Below, piece after piece: positions 12,900 to 24,949 of a stretch of DNA of 64,000 nucleotides (within the stretch, counting starts at the first letter, position 1; each line of letters starts with the position of its first letter). Under the pieces are notes generated by a model. That model saw nothing but the letters and a program-made list of their open reading frames with translations, had not been told where the DNA came from and made no database searches. Origin of the DNA: Anthoceros angustus (Eukaryota > Plantae > Anthocerotophyta); the NCBI GenBank assembly GCA_010909165.1, contig MU008159.1, positions 1,736,001 to 1,800,000 on the forward strand, written 5' to 3'. The position numbers and the translations under genes are program-made.

Positions 12900-14200
12900 G
12901 AATGATGCTTTGAGTGGTGGGAGGATAGGTCCAAACGAAATAACCGTGTCAAGTCGCCTGTGGCCTTTATGAAAGTGAGTGGGGTCGGGGATGGGATATC
13001 TGAGGATATCCTCACAAGGATCTAAATCTTATTCGATATCCTTTTTCCATCAAGTTCGAATCAAGGACAACAGGAGATTTTCTCGAAACGTAAGTAGTGA
13101 TGTTTTTGACTTGTTGATTTTGATAGTTCGACTTTCCTTCACATGACCGATTCTCTCTGTGCAGTTGATGTCTTTCTTCGTGGTTTTAACCGAATTTTAA
13201 CAAGGAAGTGCATCTTGAACCAAAGCCGGCTTGGTTACGATGTTCGTGATCAACATGTTTCATGGAATTTTCCATGGGTCCTGTGCGCTGGTTGCGTCCA
13301 TGAAAATCCAAGGACCTTGGGATTGTGTCATGTCGAAAAGAGGTGAAGTTGATTTAGATGATGACGATTCTTTCACGAGATCATCAATGCTCATTTGGGC
13401 GGGGGCTCAAAAAGGTAATATTGTTGGTTTAGGGGTGCACTTTGATTGTTCATTTATGGTTTTAAACCTGGAGGCCTTATGCCTCTATTGTTTGCAGGTG
13501 TGCATATTTTTGCATGACCAGGTTTGGAGTTCGAGGTGGTGAAGAGTTACATAACCGCTCATCGGGACTTCGTTCTCAGATTCAAAGTGGACCTTTTGTT
13601 CGATATGTTTTGGTTGTTTTGTTCATTGTATCTTTGACTTGGTATGTTTTGGTTGTTTTGATGTATTAAGCTCGCTTTTATTTGCGGTATCAAGAACGGC
13701 TTTAAAAATTAAAGTGGACATGAAGAATTACCAGAGTGAGCATTTCACAAAAGGTCAAGATTTACGAGGTGATGTTATCGAAACTTTTAGAGTCATGTTG
13801 AACACTCTCCCAAGTGGTCTCGCAAACGATAAAAATCATGTCAATTCGTGGGGTTTTGTTCAATTCAACGATTGATAACCCAAGATCAAATGTAAGTTTG
13901 TTGTTATTGGGCTTAAGTTTTGTGGTTTGTATTTACTAACTGCTTGTTTTTTTGGCTAGGCTTGGTATGCAAAACTCCGTGTTTCAAAAGGAATGTTGTC
14001 AAGGTTCATGAAGACCATGGTCAAGGGGCTCGTATTATTACACCAATAAGAGCTGCCGTAACAATGATTACACGTTGACGATGGCTCGTGCCTTCGGCCG
14101 GGAGAAGTGTGACCGCCATAAAGGATGCTGGATTCTCAAGGTAATATGTTTTGAAAGCTTGTGACATTTGAGTCCTTTGTATGTTCCTTCCTGATGTTCT
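12900..14200 (+). pseudogene. Spliced, frameshifted Crypton/DUF3504-type tyrosine recombinase
   Basis: CMTRFGVRGGEELH at 13511-13552, after an acceptor at 13497. Then KVDMKNYQ and DVIETFRVMLNTLP (~13710-13810). After an acceptor at 13959: AWYAKLRVSKGMLSRFMKTM, TNKSCR (14042-14059), MITR, and a frameshifted VT(G)HKDAGFSR(Y) at 14109-14145. Confidence 0.7.
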
Positions 14201-15599
14201 TATATGGTTTGCGATATGACCGTCCGTCAAGCAAAACAGTACCGCAGAAGAGTCCTTGTTCACGGTGAACGGCGATCCTATCGAGCTTTTGAACCAAGAA
14301 TCAATCGGATGCGGGATGATTTAAGGGTGTTCTTCCGTCAAGCCTCAATGTGACTGAAATTGTATTTTCTAGTCACCAAGATCGCACTTGCGAGTGAGTT
14401 AACAATGTAAGTGTTTGAGATTTGTTGCAAGTTTGTAGGGACTTATTTTTGACTAATCGTGTCTGACTTGTTTTTGTGTGTTAGGTCTGTAGCAACTCGT
14501 TGTTCATCATGAAAGCGACCTTTGAACAATGTCGACCGAATCGAGTTTTCCGCACCATTTGGTCCACGTGTTCAAGTTCGTTGGTATTGTCGTTGGTTGC
14601 TCGCCATGTTGGATCTTTTTAATCATACCGGTCTCTGTTACGGTGGGAGATCGTGGTGTTTTGGTTGCAAACATACCTCCGAAAGCGGCCAAGGCATCGG
14701 ATGGATAACGAGACCAACCGGGTGTTCTAGTGAAATTCCATATGTTGACAAGGTTGATTCTTTGTCTGTTTGTTTGTTTTCACTTCTTTTGGAGTTTCCT
14801 GATTATGTTTATCTTGGCAGGTTGTGAATCCTGCGACTAGTGGAAGCAGCCTTACTGTCCCTCATTTCAACATTGATACAGCTCTGAGGGAAGTGGATGC
14901 AGTGGTCCCTCCGTTGGAGGGCATTGTGCATAGTGAGTGTGATCACCATCCGGGTTAACCAGATGTAATGTGGCCGTGGTAGCACCTCGATATTGTAGCT
15001 GGATCGCAAATGGAAATGGAAGTGGCTTTGAGCGCTTGCCGAGATTGCGAGTACGGAATTGGAGTATGATAGAGAAACAGGAATTGGAGTTTCGGCAAAA
15101 GGATTTGGAGGCTCTTATAGAGGCGTAAAGCTTGAATTACGAGTCTCTAAGCAAGAGAGAAAGCCCTTGAGATCAGGCGGAGAAATGTGGAGAGGAGACA
15201 AGAGCACATTAAGCATCAAGAGAAATCAAGCGCAGATAGAGCAAGAGGTTCAAGACTGCGGTGGAAAAGAGACAGGCGAGAAGAATGTGCCTCGAGATAT
15301 TTGCTATCTGCGAAAATCCGTCGATTGGTAAGTTTTCTTATGCTCTTTATTAATCAGTACATTGAAAATCAATGGTTGTATTTTATTAGGTTGTCACCTT
15401 GCGTGAAGACAATTGCCCAAGTCCTCGCTTCATCAATTGGTTGCCAAGAATGATCTTTGTACAAGCGCCAATCAAGCCAAGTGGTCGTGAAAATTACGTT
15501 TTCAATCAGTATAATTGTACAATTTCCTAAATAAGGTGAGTATCATTTCTAAGTATTTGCTATGATTATTTCGGTTTTCTAGTATCACCTAATCACGGT

Positions 15600-16330
15600 T
15601 TGTGTCTTTGTTTTGTAGGTTCCATTGTTGTTGAAGTAGAGTTCAATCTAGCGAGTTCAATCTATTGGTATTTACTCTTCATTAGTTGAATTTGTATTTC
15701 ATGCCATTACGGATATACAGAAACTCGCAAAGAAAAGGTTTCTTTGTTGGTTTTTGTATATCACGGATCCGCATGAATATTATTTAATGAAAATGTTTTT
15801 GTCGATTAGCGATTTTGGTGGGATTTCTAGAATGAGCTTCTAGACCCAAATTGGTATTTACTCTTCATTAGTTGAATTTGTATTTCATGCCATTACGGAT
15901 ATCAGAAACTCGCAAAGAAAAGGTTTCTTTGTTGGTTTTTGTATATCACGGATCCGCATGAATATTATTTAAAATGTTTTGTCGATTAGCGATTTTGGTG
16001 GGATTTCTAGAATGAGCTTCTAGACCCAATGGTATTCACTTGGTCGTCATGTTTTCTAGTATCAGCCTAATCACGGTTTGTGTCTTTGTTTCGTTTTGTT
16101 TTGTAGGTTCCATTGTTGTTGAAGTAGAGTTCAATCTAGCGAGTTCAATCTATTGGTATTTACTCTTCATTAGTTGAATTTGTATTTCATGCCATTACGG
16201 ATATACAGAAACTCGCAAAGAAAAGGTTTCTTTGTTGGTTTTGTATATCACGGATCCGCATGAATATTATTTAACAGAAAATGTTTTGTCGATTAGCGAT
16301 TTTGGTGGGATTTCTAGAATGAGCTTCTAG
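15600..16330. repeat. About 3 imperfect tandem copies of a ~190-bp AT-rich unit; another copy at ~17345-17540
   Basis: Recurring TTGGTATTTACTCTTCATTAGTTGAATTTGTATTTCATGCCATTACGGATAT...GGATCCGCATGAATATTATTT...CTAGAATGAGCTTCTAGA. Confidence 0.85.
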
Positions 16331-16519
16331 AGGTGGTATTCACTTGGTCGTCATGTTTTCTCTAGTGCTCTATTTTCTACCTTGATGGTAGATGATTTTA
16401 CCCACTTGTATGGTTCGTTGTTTTGTACCTTGATGGTAGATGATTTTCTACTATCAGTAATGAATTTTACTCTGGGTAAAATAATGACCAAAGGTCAATT
16501 TTCTCTCTAAAAATTTACA

Positions 16520-19490
16520 CTACCAGAAAAAAACTAGTCGGCGCCGAGGCCCCACGAGGCCGCTGACTACGATATGTCTGAGGGGAGGGAAGAAATGAGG
16601 TCTTGGCGGTGGATCACAATGTATGCGAGAAAGAGGAAGAAGCTTGGTTTTATTGAACAAGTCCGCTGGCATACATGATGAGCTTGAGATTTGGCACGGA
16701 CACACTTCACAGGTGGAAAACCACGTGGCAGGGAAGTTCAATGTTTACAAGTTCTTGGGGATCTTTGGAGGCTGGAAACTCCAAGGACACGAATTGACGA
16801 TCAACCAAGTGAAGGATAAAGAAGCGTGAAGGCGGCCACCACAGTCCGGACCCATCTGGTGGTGCGGTGTGTCACCAACATGGGCACTCGAAGGCTAACG
16901 CCTCCGGACCCGTGAACCGTGGAGTGCGTTTCACGGGATGAGTGAGGAGGCAGTGGAGGACGATAATACCAAGAAGCACCACACGGGCGCGGTATCCCAA
17001 GGCGATGTACCCAGCGTCGGTGGGCCATCCGCATCGACCTCGATGCGATCGTGTGGAGCCCCTCGAGGAATTCTCTCGACGGCGGTAGTCTCACGAACCT
17101 GCTGGGCCCCGACACTACCCAACGCTGCGCCCATACCCCACTCGGCAAGGCAATGGGGACTTTGAGCACTGTGTGGAGATTATGTGAGGCGGCACATGGC
17201 CGGCATTACCTTGTGTCCGAATCCTCGTTCAAGGACGGCGCTATGCCACCCCGCTGAGCGCACCCACGCCTCCCTCCCTGTGCGCGCCTACAGTTGAAGA
17301 CGACACGGTGGCGGAGTGGGAAGAGTCAACGGAACTTGATTTGCAGGCGAGTTCAATCTATTGGTATTTACTCTTCATTAGTTGAATTTGTATTTCATGC
17401 CATTACGGATATCAGAAACTCGCAAAGAAAAGGTTTCTTTGTTGGTTTTTGTATATCACGGATCCGCATGAATATTATTTAAAATGTTTTGTCGATTAGC
17501 GATTTTGGTGGGATTTCTAGAATGAGCTTCTAGACCCAATGGTATTCACTTAGTCGTCATGTTTTCTCTAGTGCTCTATTTTCTACCTTGATGGTAGATG
17601 ATTTTACCCACTTGTATGGTTCGGTTGTTTTGTACCTTGATGGTAGATGATTTTCTACTATCTTGTAATGAATTTTACTCTCTGGGTAAAATAATGACCA
17701 AAGGTCAATTTTCTCTCTAAAAATTTACACTACCAGAAAAAAACCAATTTGGTAATGATCGAGGCCCCACGAGGCCGCGACTTTACGTATATCTGAGCTT
17801 GAGGAGGGAAGAAATGAGGGTGGCGGTGGATCACAATGTATGTCACGAAAGAGGAAGAAGCTTGGTTTTATTGAACAAGTCCGCTTACATACATGATGAG
17901 CTTGAGATTTGGCACGGACACACCCAGGTGGAAAACCACTGCATGCGTGGAAGTTCAATGTTTACAAGTTCTTGGGGATCTTTGGAGGCTGGAAACTCCA
18001 AGGACACGAATTGACGATCAACCAAGTGAAGGATAAAGAAGCGACGGGCGGCCTGCAGTCCGGACCCATCGTGGTGCGGTGTGTCACCAACATGGGCACT
18101 CGAAGGCTAACCGCCCCTCGGACCCGTGAACCGTGGAGTACGACTACGGGATGAGTCAGGAAGCGATGGGGGCATACCAAGTGCAGAAGCACCACACGAG
18201 CGCGGTATCCCAAGGCGATGTACCCAGCGTCGGTGGGCCATCAGGTGCATCGACCTCGATGCGATCGTGTGGAGCCCCTCGAGGAATTCTCGGGATGGTC
18301 TGCTTTGGGCCTTGAAACCCGGACACTACTCCAGCGTGCCCATACCCCACTCGGCAAGGCAATGGGGACTTTGAGCACCTGTGTGGAGATTGTAGCGGTA
18401 CGGGCACATGGCGGCATTACCTTGTGTCAGATCCTCGTTCAAGATGATGCGCTATGCCACCCGGCAGAGCGCGACACCTCGCCTCCCTCCCTAAGGTGCG
18501 CCCAGTGCTACAGTTGAAGGCGCGGTGGCGGAGTGGGAAGAGGTGCCGAAGGAACTTGAGCAGGTGGGTAAGGCGAGTTCGGCTAAGGAGGAAGGCGGAC
18601 TGGAGGTCTTGGAAGTGTCGGCCTTGAAAGGAGGCGAAAGGAGAAGACAATTGAAGAGGAAGAAAAATGGGGGCGATCCAGCGGATACGGAGGACGGGAC
18701 ACCGCGAGGAAGCGGCTCCGGCTAAGGAAGGCGAGTTCGGCTAAGGAAGGCGAGTTCGGCTAAGGAGGAAGCACAACCAAGCCCCAAGGGAGAAACGGAC
18801 TCACCCAGGTAACACCGCCCCACCCACGGATGTGGTTCGGGAAGTGGCGGAGATGCTTCAGAAAGAGATCCGACAGGACCCGGAGGTGGTCCGACCACCA
18901 CGGGGCGGTGGCGGATCGCTGGAAGAGTCAAGGCGGACACGCGATGCAGCAAAGGAGCCACCCACGCCTTTCAAGGTGGCCGACCTGATGATGGATCAAC
19001 AACACTTGGTGTCGCTTAGGCAGTTGTTAAAAGACAACCCAAAGTATCGGCAAGAAGTCCGGATGGCCATCAGGGAGACACAACCACGTCGAAACCCATT
19101 GGGTCGAAAGGTCAAAAACGTGGAGGTAAGAGTAGTATCTCATACGGATCCTGGGGCGCCAGTGGTTCAGGTAGAAATTGCTGGGTGCGTGATTAAGAAT
19201 GTACCCCTGGACACTGGGTCAGGAGTGAACCTCATCACGGAGGCCACTGCAAGGCGGTTGGGGTTCACCGCCTTTGAGCCATCCACCAAAACCCTCAGGA
19301 TGGCGGACATGTCACTGCCGCGCGGTAGGGAGCTGTCCGGGTCCAAGCCACGATAGCTGAGCACCCTATACATTGGACTTTTGCGGGTCATCGTGCCCGC
19401 GTCGGACCTGCGGGAGTCTTTGTTGGGGCGACCACTCGGCAATTTCGGGATAAAACTACACTCGGAAGGAAGGAGATACTTCAAGCCAGG
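16520..19490 (+). mobile_element. Gypsy integrase C-terminus followed by a degenerate Gypsy gag (Cys/His knuckle) and protease; ~16330-17290 is re-copied at ~17540-18520
   Basis: ORF 18832-19356 has VVQVEIAGCVIKNVPLDTGSGVNLITEATARRLG (retropepsin). Cys/His knuckle-like reads at ~18380-18510. No RT follows. Confidence 0.7.
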
Positions 19491-19499
19491 ATTGGGATC

Positions 19500-20330
19500 C
19501 CCCGCACTCGCAATCCTCCAGTGAGTCTTCTGCTATTCATCCACCCTCTTCATTACTGCTCAGATCTTCCTCAACCCCCGCTACTTCTTTCAAAGGAGCC
19601 GGGTCAGTGGAACCTCGCAGTGCGGGCATCATAACCTCCTTCTTCTCCACCTCCGCTTGACTACGGGCTTTTCTTCTTATTTCTTTCACAGGTTCTTCTT
19701 CCTCATCCTCGGATTCTTCTTCAGAGTCTTCTTCCTCTTCCTCCGATACAACCTCAGTCTCCTCATCCTCCTCTTAGGGTTCTTCATCTTGAGTCAGGCC
19801 CCTTCTTCTTTTCTTCTTCCTCCGGGCGTCCTCGGTCATCGTTGGTGCATCGATTCTTCGTAGTTCTCCGCCGCTCGGACCGCCTTGCTCACATCCTTCT
19901 CTGCCAACAGCAGCACGTGCTTAGCCATTGGCTTGGGTAAGCCAGCTGCGAACCAACGTACCGCCTGCATGGTGGTGTGGGTGGGGTGTCGATCTCAAGA
20001 GCGTAGAACCGTTCGATGTACGATCCCAATTTCTCCGTCTTGCCTCGCTTCAGGTTCTCGAGTTTGGACAAGACGTAGCCTTCTTGATCGATCCCGCGGA
20101 ATCTTTCCAAGAAGGCATCCTTCAATGCTTCGAAGGTCGGGGGCGTTAGGGCGGCGGTACTTTCTCGGTACCAGCGCCGTTCCCGCGGACCCCTTGGAGC
20201 ATTTGGATAAGCTGCGCATCCGAACCTTCTCCGTTGAAGTTGCCCGCGACGAAATCCTCCACGAAGGTTTCGGCGTCTCTCTCCTTCTTACCTCCAAGAG
20301 AGAATGCCTTGGTCGGCGTTGTTGCCATCG
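19500..20330 (-). mobile_element. Gypsy-type gag (Retrotrans_gag-like) with an acidic/basic tail
   Basis: DAETFVEDFVAGNF...DAQLIQMLQG and KDAFLERFRGIDQEGYVLSKLENLKRGKTEKLGSYIERF (ORFs 20146-20328 and 19889-20125). Confidence 0.75.
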
Positions 20331-21799
20331 CGCGGCAAGGTTGAGAACCGCTCCCTTACCGCTGACTTGGTGCTACTTCCTCCTCACGATCCGACAAGTC
20401 CACCGTGCTTTCTTGGTTTGAGTCTCGTTGAGCCGTCGCTTCTCACGTGCTGCGCTCAGGCGCTCTGGCGATCTGGCGTCCGACTCACTCAGCAACTCAT
20501 TCTTGACTACCTCTCGTCCTCCGCGCATCCACCCTTACCTTCCTACGCGATCTCATTCCCACAGCGCGCCAAAATGTGGCGCGACTTTTAGCGGCCGGTA
20601 GTAGCACAATCCGTGTCGTTGTAGTAAGTCCGTTCCCAAGGAATGATAAGCTCCGTTTGCAGCGTTTGGCCGATTCCTTCACGTCCGCTCAACTTTCACA
20701 CGCAATCGTCGTTTGCGTCTAACTACTCATAACGTTCACGAGCGGGCCGGTGTGGCCAAGCGTTTGAGACCCGTTTGCGTCCGTCGTTCGCCGTCACTCC
20801 CTTTAGTCCGTTCCTCTCATCACTCTCACTCGCTCATCAACCTTGGAAAGAGCATGAGTAGCTACGGTCCGGACCTCCTCCGTTGCTCAGCGGGCCTCTC
20901 GTCCGGGCTCTGCGCCCTCCGGAGTTCCTCCGGCTCACCGCGTTCGGTCCGTCGTCTTGGGCGGCTGCTCGGGCGAACACGGGTCCCGATCGCTCTTCCT
21001 GCACACACCACCACGTTAGGGTCCGTCACGGGACCTTGATCGATCTCTCGATCGTGCACCTTTCGATGACTCGGGACTCACGTTAGCGAAGACACACAAG
21101 GTGCAAGCAGCAGCATCAACACCAAGAGAAGATGATTTATTGGCGACCTCGGCCCTCTTATACTACGCCCAAGTCGGCGTCTTTATTACACCTATTACGG
21201 TGGCCAGCTCGATGCGCTAATCGGCCGCCTACCATCCTATTCCTCCCCTCCTATCTCCCGTCGTGGTGGGCACAGGAAGGTCACAGGTTCCGCCTCGGGA
21301 TTGGTGGTCAATCTCCCGTCGGCAGTTGCGCACCCAATCGGATGATCCGGTAGGGCCCTTCCTCTTCCGGAATCACATCGGGTTGGGCTCGGCGGCGGTC
21401 GGCGACGCCCGTTACCTACTCGTCCCCACAGCCCCGGTGGGTCCCCTCCGGTAGGGCCACCCATTGTCTGCTCCCCGGCGTAAGTCGGAGGGACTCCTCC
21501 TTCTGAGTCCGGACCTCGGTCGGTCTCGACTCCAGTCAACTTGAGTGCCTTATTCCTGAGTCCGGTCTGCGGGTCCGGTCTCATCTGGGTTCGGACCTCG
21601 GGGTCGAACTTATTCAGTCCGGTCCCCAAGCTCCGGACCCTTGTCTGACCTCTTGCTGGGTCCTCATCCCTTCCCCAGACCCTTGTCTTGGGTGGGTTGG
21701 CTTCCTCCTTCCGCCCCTTTCGGGGCCGCCTCTATCCTCCCGGCGGGTTGCGGTGGACTTACCAGGATTCGTTGTATTGGCGCGTCCTGCTCCTCTGAG

Positions 21800-24600
21800 G
21801 CTCTTCTCCCCGCTTCGTCGTCTCCAAGCAGGGGCCACTAGGGTCCCGTCATCCCCATGCCCTTCATCCCCTTGAGCCTTGAGTCCGTCATTGTGTGAGG
21901 CTTCAATGCCTTAAGGAGCTCGGCGTGGTAGTAGGCAAAATCCGAGTCAATTCTTTGGATTGCCTCTTCCACATGTGCGGGCACCGATACTCCCTTAGCC
22001 ATTGGTGCTCGGGAGGTGCGTCTTTGTCCGGCTTCTTGGACCATCCCTCCTGCCGGTTCGTTGGGGCCGGGCGGGCTCTCGCGAGGCCACAAGGGCCTCG
22101 GTCACCTCCTGCAACCCGCTTGTTGCTCACTTTGCTCCGGCTCCGTCGTTTCGCTCGCGCGCTTACCGCCATAGCGCGCTCCTTCCGCCTTCCTTGGACC
22201 AGCGGCTTCTTTTGCGTCCGGTGCTCTCGCTCCCGTTTATTACGGCGTTAGCTCCGCCATCTCCCTCTCCCGGTGGCAACTCTGCCCGGTGCGGCTTCGC
22301 CCAGTCCTTCTCCATTTGACGTCACGCTCCTGTTCCATCGCCTTACTCCTCCGTCCAGCAGTGGGCCGCTCTATTTCTCGTTCGTGATCGAGATCACGCC
22401 TGCAGTTACCATTCCTCTCAATGGTAACTTGGGCTGCGACTCGAGTCTCCTTGCGGTCTTCCATCTCACGCGCGCTCCACCTCACATGGCGGGGAGATCC
22501 TCCATCTCCTTGCGGCTTCCTTCTCCTCGGCATGGGCTGGCCCTTTGCTCCGCCTCCTTCTTGAGTTAGCCGACTATCCTGCCGTCTCCCTCCACGGTTC
22601 CGATCACGCCGATAGTGATCGCGGTCGATCTTAGCACTTCCGCCTCCTCGCCTTCACAGGCCGCCCGCTTGGCGCTGGTCGGGCGGGCCGCCTCCGCCCG
22701 GTCACGCCTTCTCCGCTTGCCGGGCCTCCTCTCGCCTCTGCTGCGCTACCCTCTCCGCTGCGGTCTTGACCCGTGCTTGGGCCTCCTGCACCTTGTTGCT
22801 CACCCGGTGAAGGAATTTAGTCAGTCTGTCGAATGGACGGACTTCCTCTCGGCCTCCGGCGTTTCCCTTCTTGATGCGGCCGAGGCTTGCCTTCCTCCTT
22901 GCCTCTGGGCCGCCTCCAGCTGCTCTGGAGGAGCACCATCGCCTCTGGTGGCTTCTACAGGTCTTCTCGGCTGTCCCGAGACCCCAAAACATAAATCCAT
23001 GGCGGTGGCAGGGGCCGCCGTGTCTCTTCCACGGCCGCCAGTGAGACCCCAAAAGTCCGTAGTGGGCGGGCATCTCACGGTCCGCAAGGACCTCCATGAT
23101 CGGAGTAAGTCGGTGGGTTCTCCGGACCTAATCGGGCCCCTTAGGTCACGATTGCGAGCGAGCTTCACCCTCCTTGGCCCTCTTGGCACAATTCCTTATT
23201 GCCCTCTTCGTCACAGGGCTCGGAGGGTGAGGGGTCGAGCGGCCTTGCCTCTCCCGGTCGGCAGCCGGGGCGGCTCAGTGGGGTTCCTGCTCCTTGGCGG
23301 CGTCCCTTTACGCTCTTCTTCGCCTCTTGACCTCTTGCCACTCCGTGGGCGGGTAGCTGAGCACGCACGGGAGTGCGTTGGCGGATGGCACCGTCTTCCG
23401 CCTCTTGATTGCCCGAGTTCGTCGGGGCTCCTCTGCTTCTTGTGGTGGTGGGCTGGTACGTCGGGCCGTCTCTGCTGCCTTTGGTTGCTCGGCGGAGGCA
23501 CCAAGAGGAGGAAGCGGGGATATCTTCCACACTTCCCTAGGTGGTGAGGGGTCCGTTCAGGCGTATGGAGTCGGTATCCCTTCGATCGTCCTCCTCCGGA
23601 CCCGTTTGGCCCTAGTGGGCCTCTCCTCGGCGCCCTTGCCGCTCACTTCAGTAGGGCCGCCAACCCTTCGGGCCGCTCGATCTCCCCATCCTTCAGGAGC
23701 TCGTAATGTCCCCATACATGGATCAGGTATGGGGATAGTCCAGACGGCGAGGGCTTCTCGCTCCTCAGCTTGCGGGCCTCCTGGCTGAACCGGGCGAAGA
23801 TGATCCTTCCCCAGTCCGCCCTCTTCCCCCGCTGCAACGCATGCAGGAACACCAGCAAATTATCACCAAGGTGATCCACCTTGGTGAGCAAGTTCCAGTG
23901 GACAATGATCCGGACTCTGCCCTCACTCACATCCGGTGGTCCGATATCAACCGGTAGTTGGTTGTCGCTGCGTTCGGGCCTCGCCATGCGCCCTTGCGCC
24001 TCTATCTTTCCCTCGCCTTGAGGGGCTGCGGGACTCGCCCCATCTTCCTCCTTGGGCGGTTGTAGGCGCCCTCGGGACCTCAAGGTCCATCGCCTAGGAT
24101 CCTCCGGAGGTTCTTGGACGAACCTCCTTGTTGGCCAGCCAACATCTTAGCGAACTCCGGACGGTGGTAACATCAAGCGTCGAACTGACTGGAACACGTC
24201 TAAGTGCCACTCTTCGACTAATCCTCCGCTTCCTCGGCCATGGCCCAAAGTCGGATAGCGCGGGTCACAATGTTGCGCTCTACCGGGTTCCATGGCTCCC
24301 GGACCTCCATGACCTTTTGGGTGCCATCGCCTTCTTCTCCCTTTCGGGTGCTTGCGGAGACGGCGGCGCGATCGCCCTCTTGCCGCGTTGTTGCTCCAAC
24401 TAGCGGTGAGCCGCGCAGATGCTGGCGTTCAAAGAGATAGCGCGAGAGCGGGTTGCGGGCGCAGAGGCTGCGGTGTCTCGGTGCGGAGAAATGACCCTCC
24501 TCGTCGGCCGCGTTGGAAATAACGGCGGGAAGGTGCCTCTTCCACTGTCCGTGGCAGTGCATGGCTTACTCGACCTTACGCGCGTACTGCGGCCTTACGC
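21800..24600 (-). pseudogene. Fragmented retroelement accessory ORF upstream of gag (Ogre/Tat-like extra ORF), with low-complexity and coiled-coil parts
   Basis: ORFs 24218-24562 and 23643-24083 (RADWGRIIFARFSQEARKLR...LSPYLIHVWGHYELL), 22702-23097 (EEVRPFDRLTKFLHRVSNKVQEAQARVKTAAERVAQQRREE) and 21838-22092, all on the same strand as the gag at 19.5-20.3 kb. Confidence 0.5.
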
Positions 24601-24949
24601 GCGTACTGCGGCCTTCTGCGCCGCGATCCGCGGGCGTGAATACACCTGCGGCCCGGCAGGCTCGGCTGCTGCATGCCGACCTCCACTCGGGGCCGTCCAC
24701 GTGGCGCCGCTTAGTCATCCTCACGACTCAACTTCCAAATTACTTTCCTGGCGTACTTATCTGTTTTGACCGGGTGGGGTCCGGACTTATCCGTGCGGTG
24801 CGTGTCGGAGCTCGTCATAGTGGTACGGGGTCCGTTACCTCAGGCCCGGTCAGGAGCACCATCGTGCTTATTCCTCCCTTTCCGCCTTATTTTACTATTC
24901 GAACCTACGAAAAAAACAAAACCCCACTTATTTCCTAACCCCCAAGGGA

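Larger units (their letters stand above)
10200..16519 (+). mobile_element. Crypton-like tyrosine-recombinase DNA transposon (~6.3 kb)
   Basis: Begins TGTAA and ends TTACA. Removing it restores the integrase frame (N-L-H-Y-Q-K-K). It carries spliced YR motifs internally and subterminal tandem repeats. Confidence 0.7.

Noticed and set aside
16518-16530. CACTACCAGAAAA, resembling a CACTA TIR (again at 17728)
   Set aside because: It is created by the junction of the YR element end (TTACA) with integrase codons (C TAC CAG AAA). No matching TAGTG end was found.
20600-23800. Long plus-strand ORFs such as 22615-23547 (310 aa)
   Set aside because: They are low-complexity antisense shadows of GC-rich minus-strand coding remnants.
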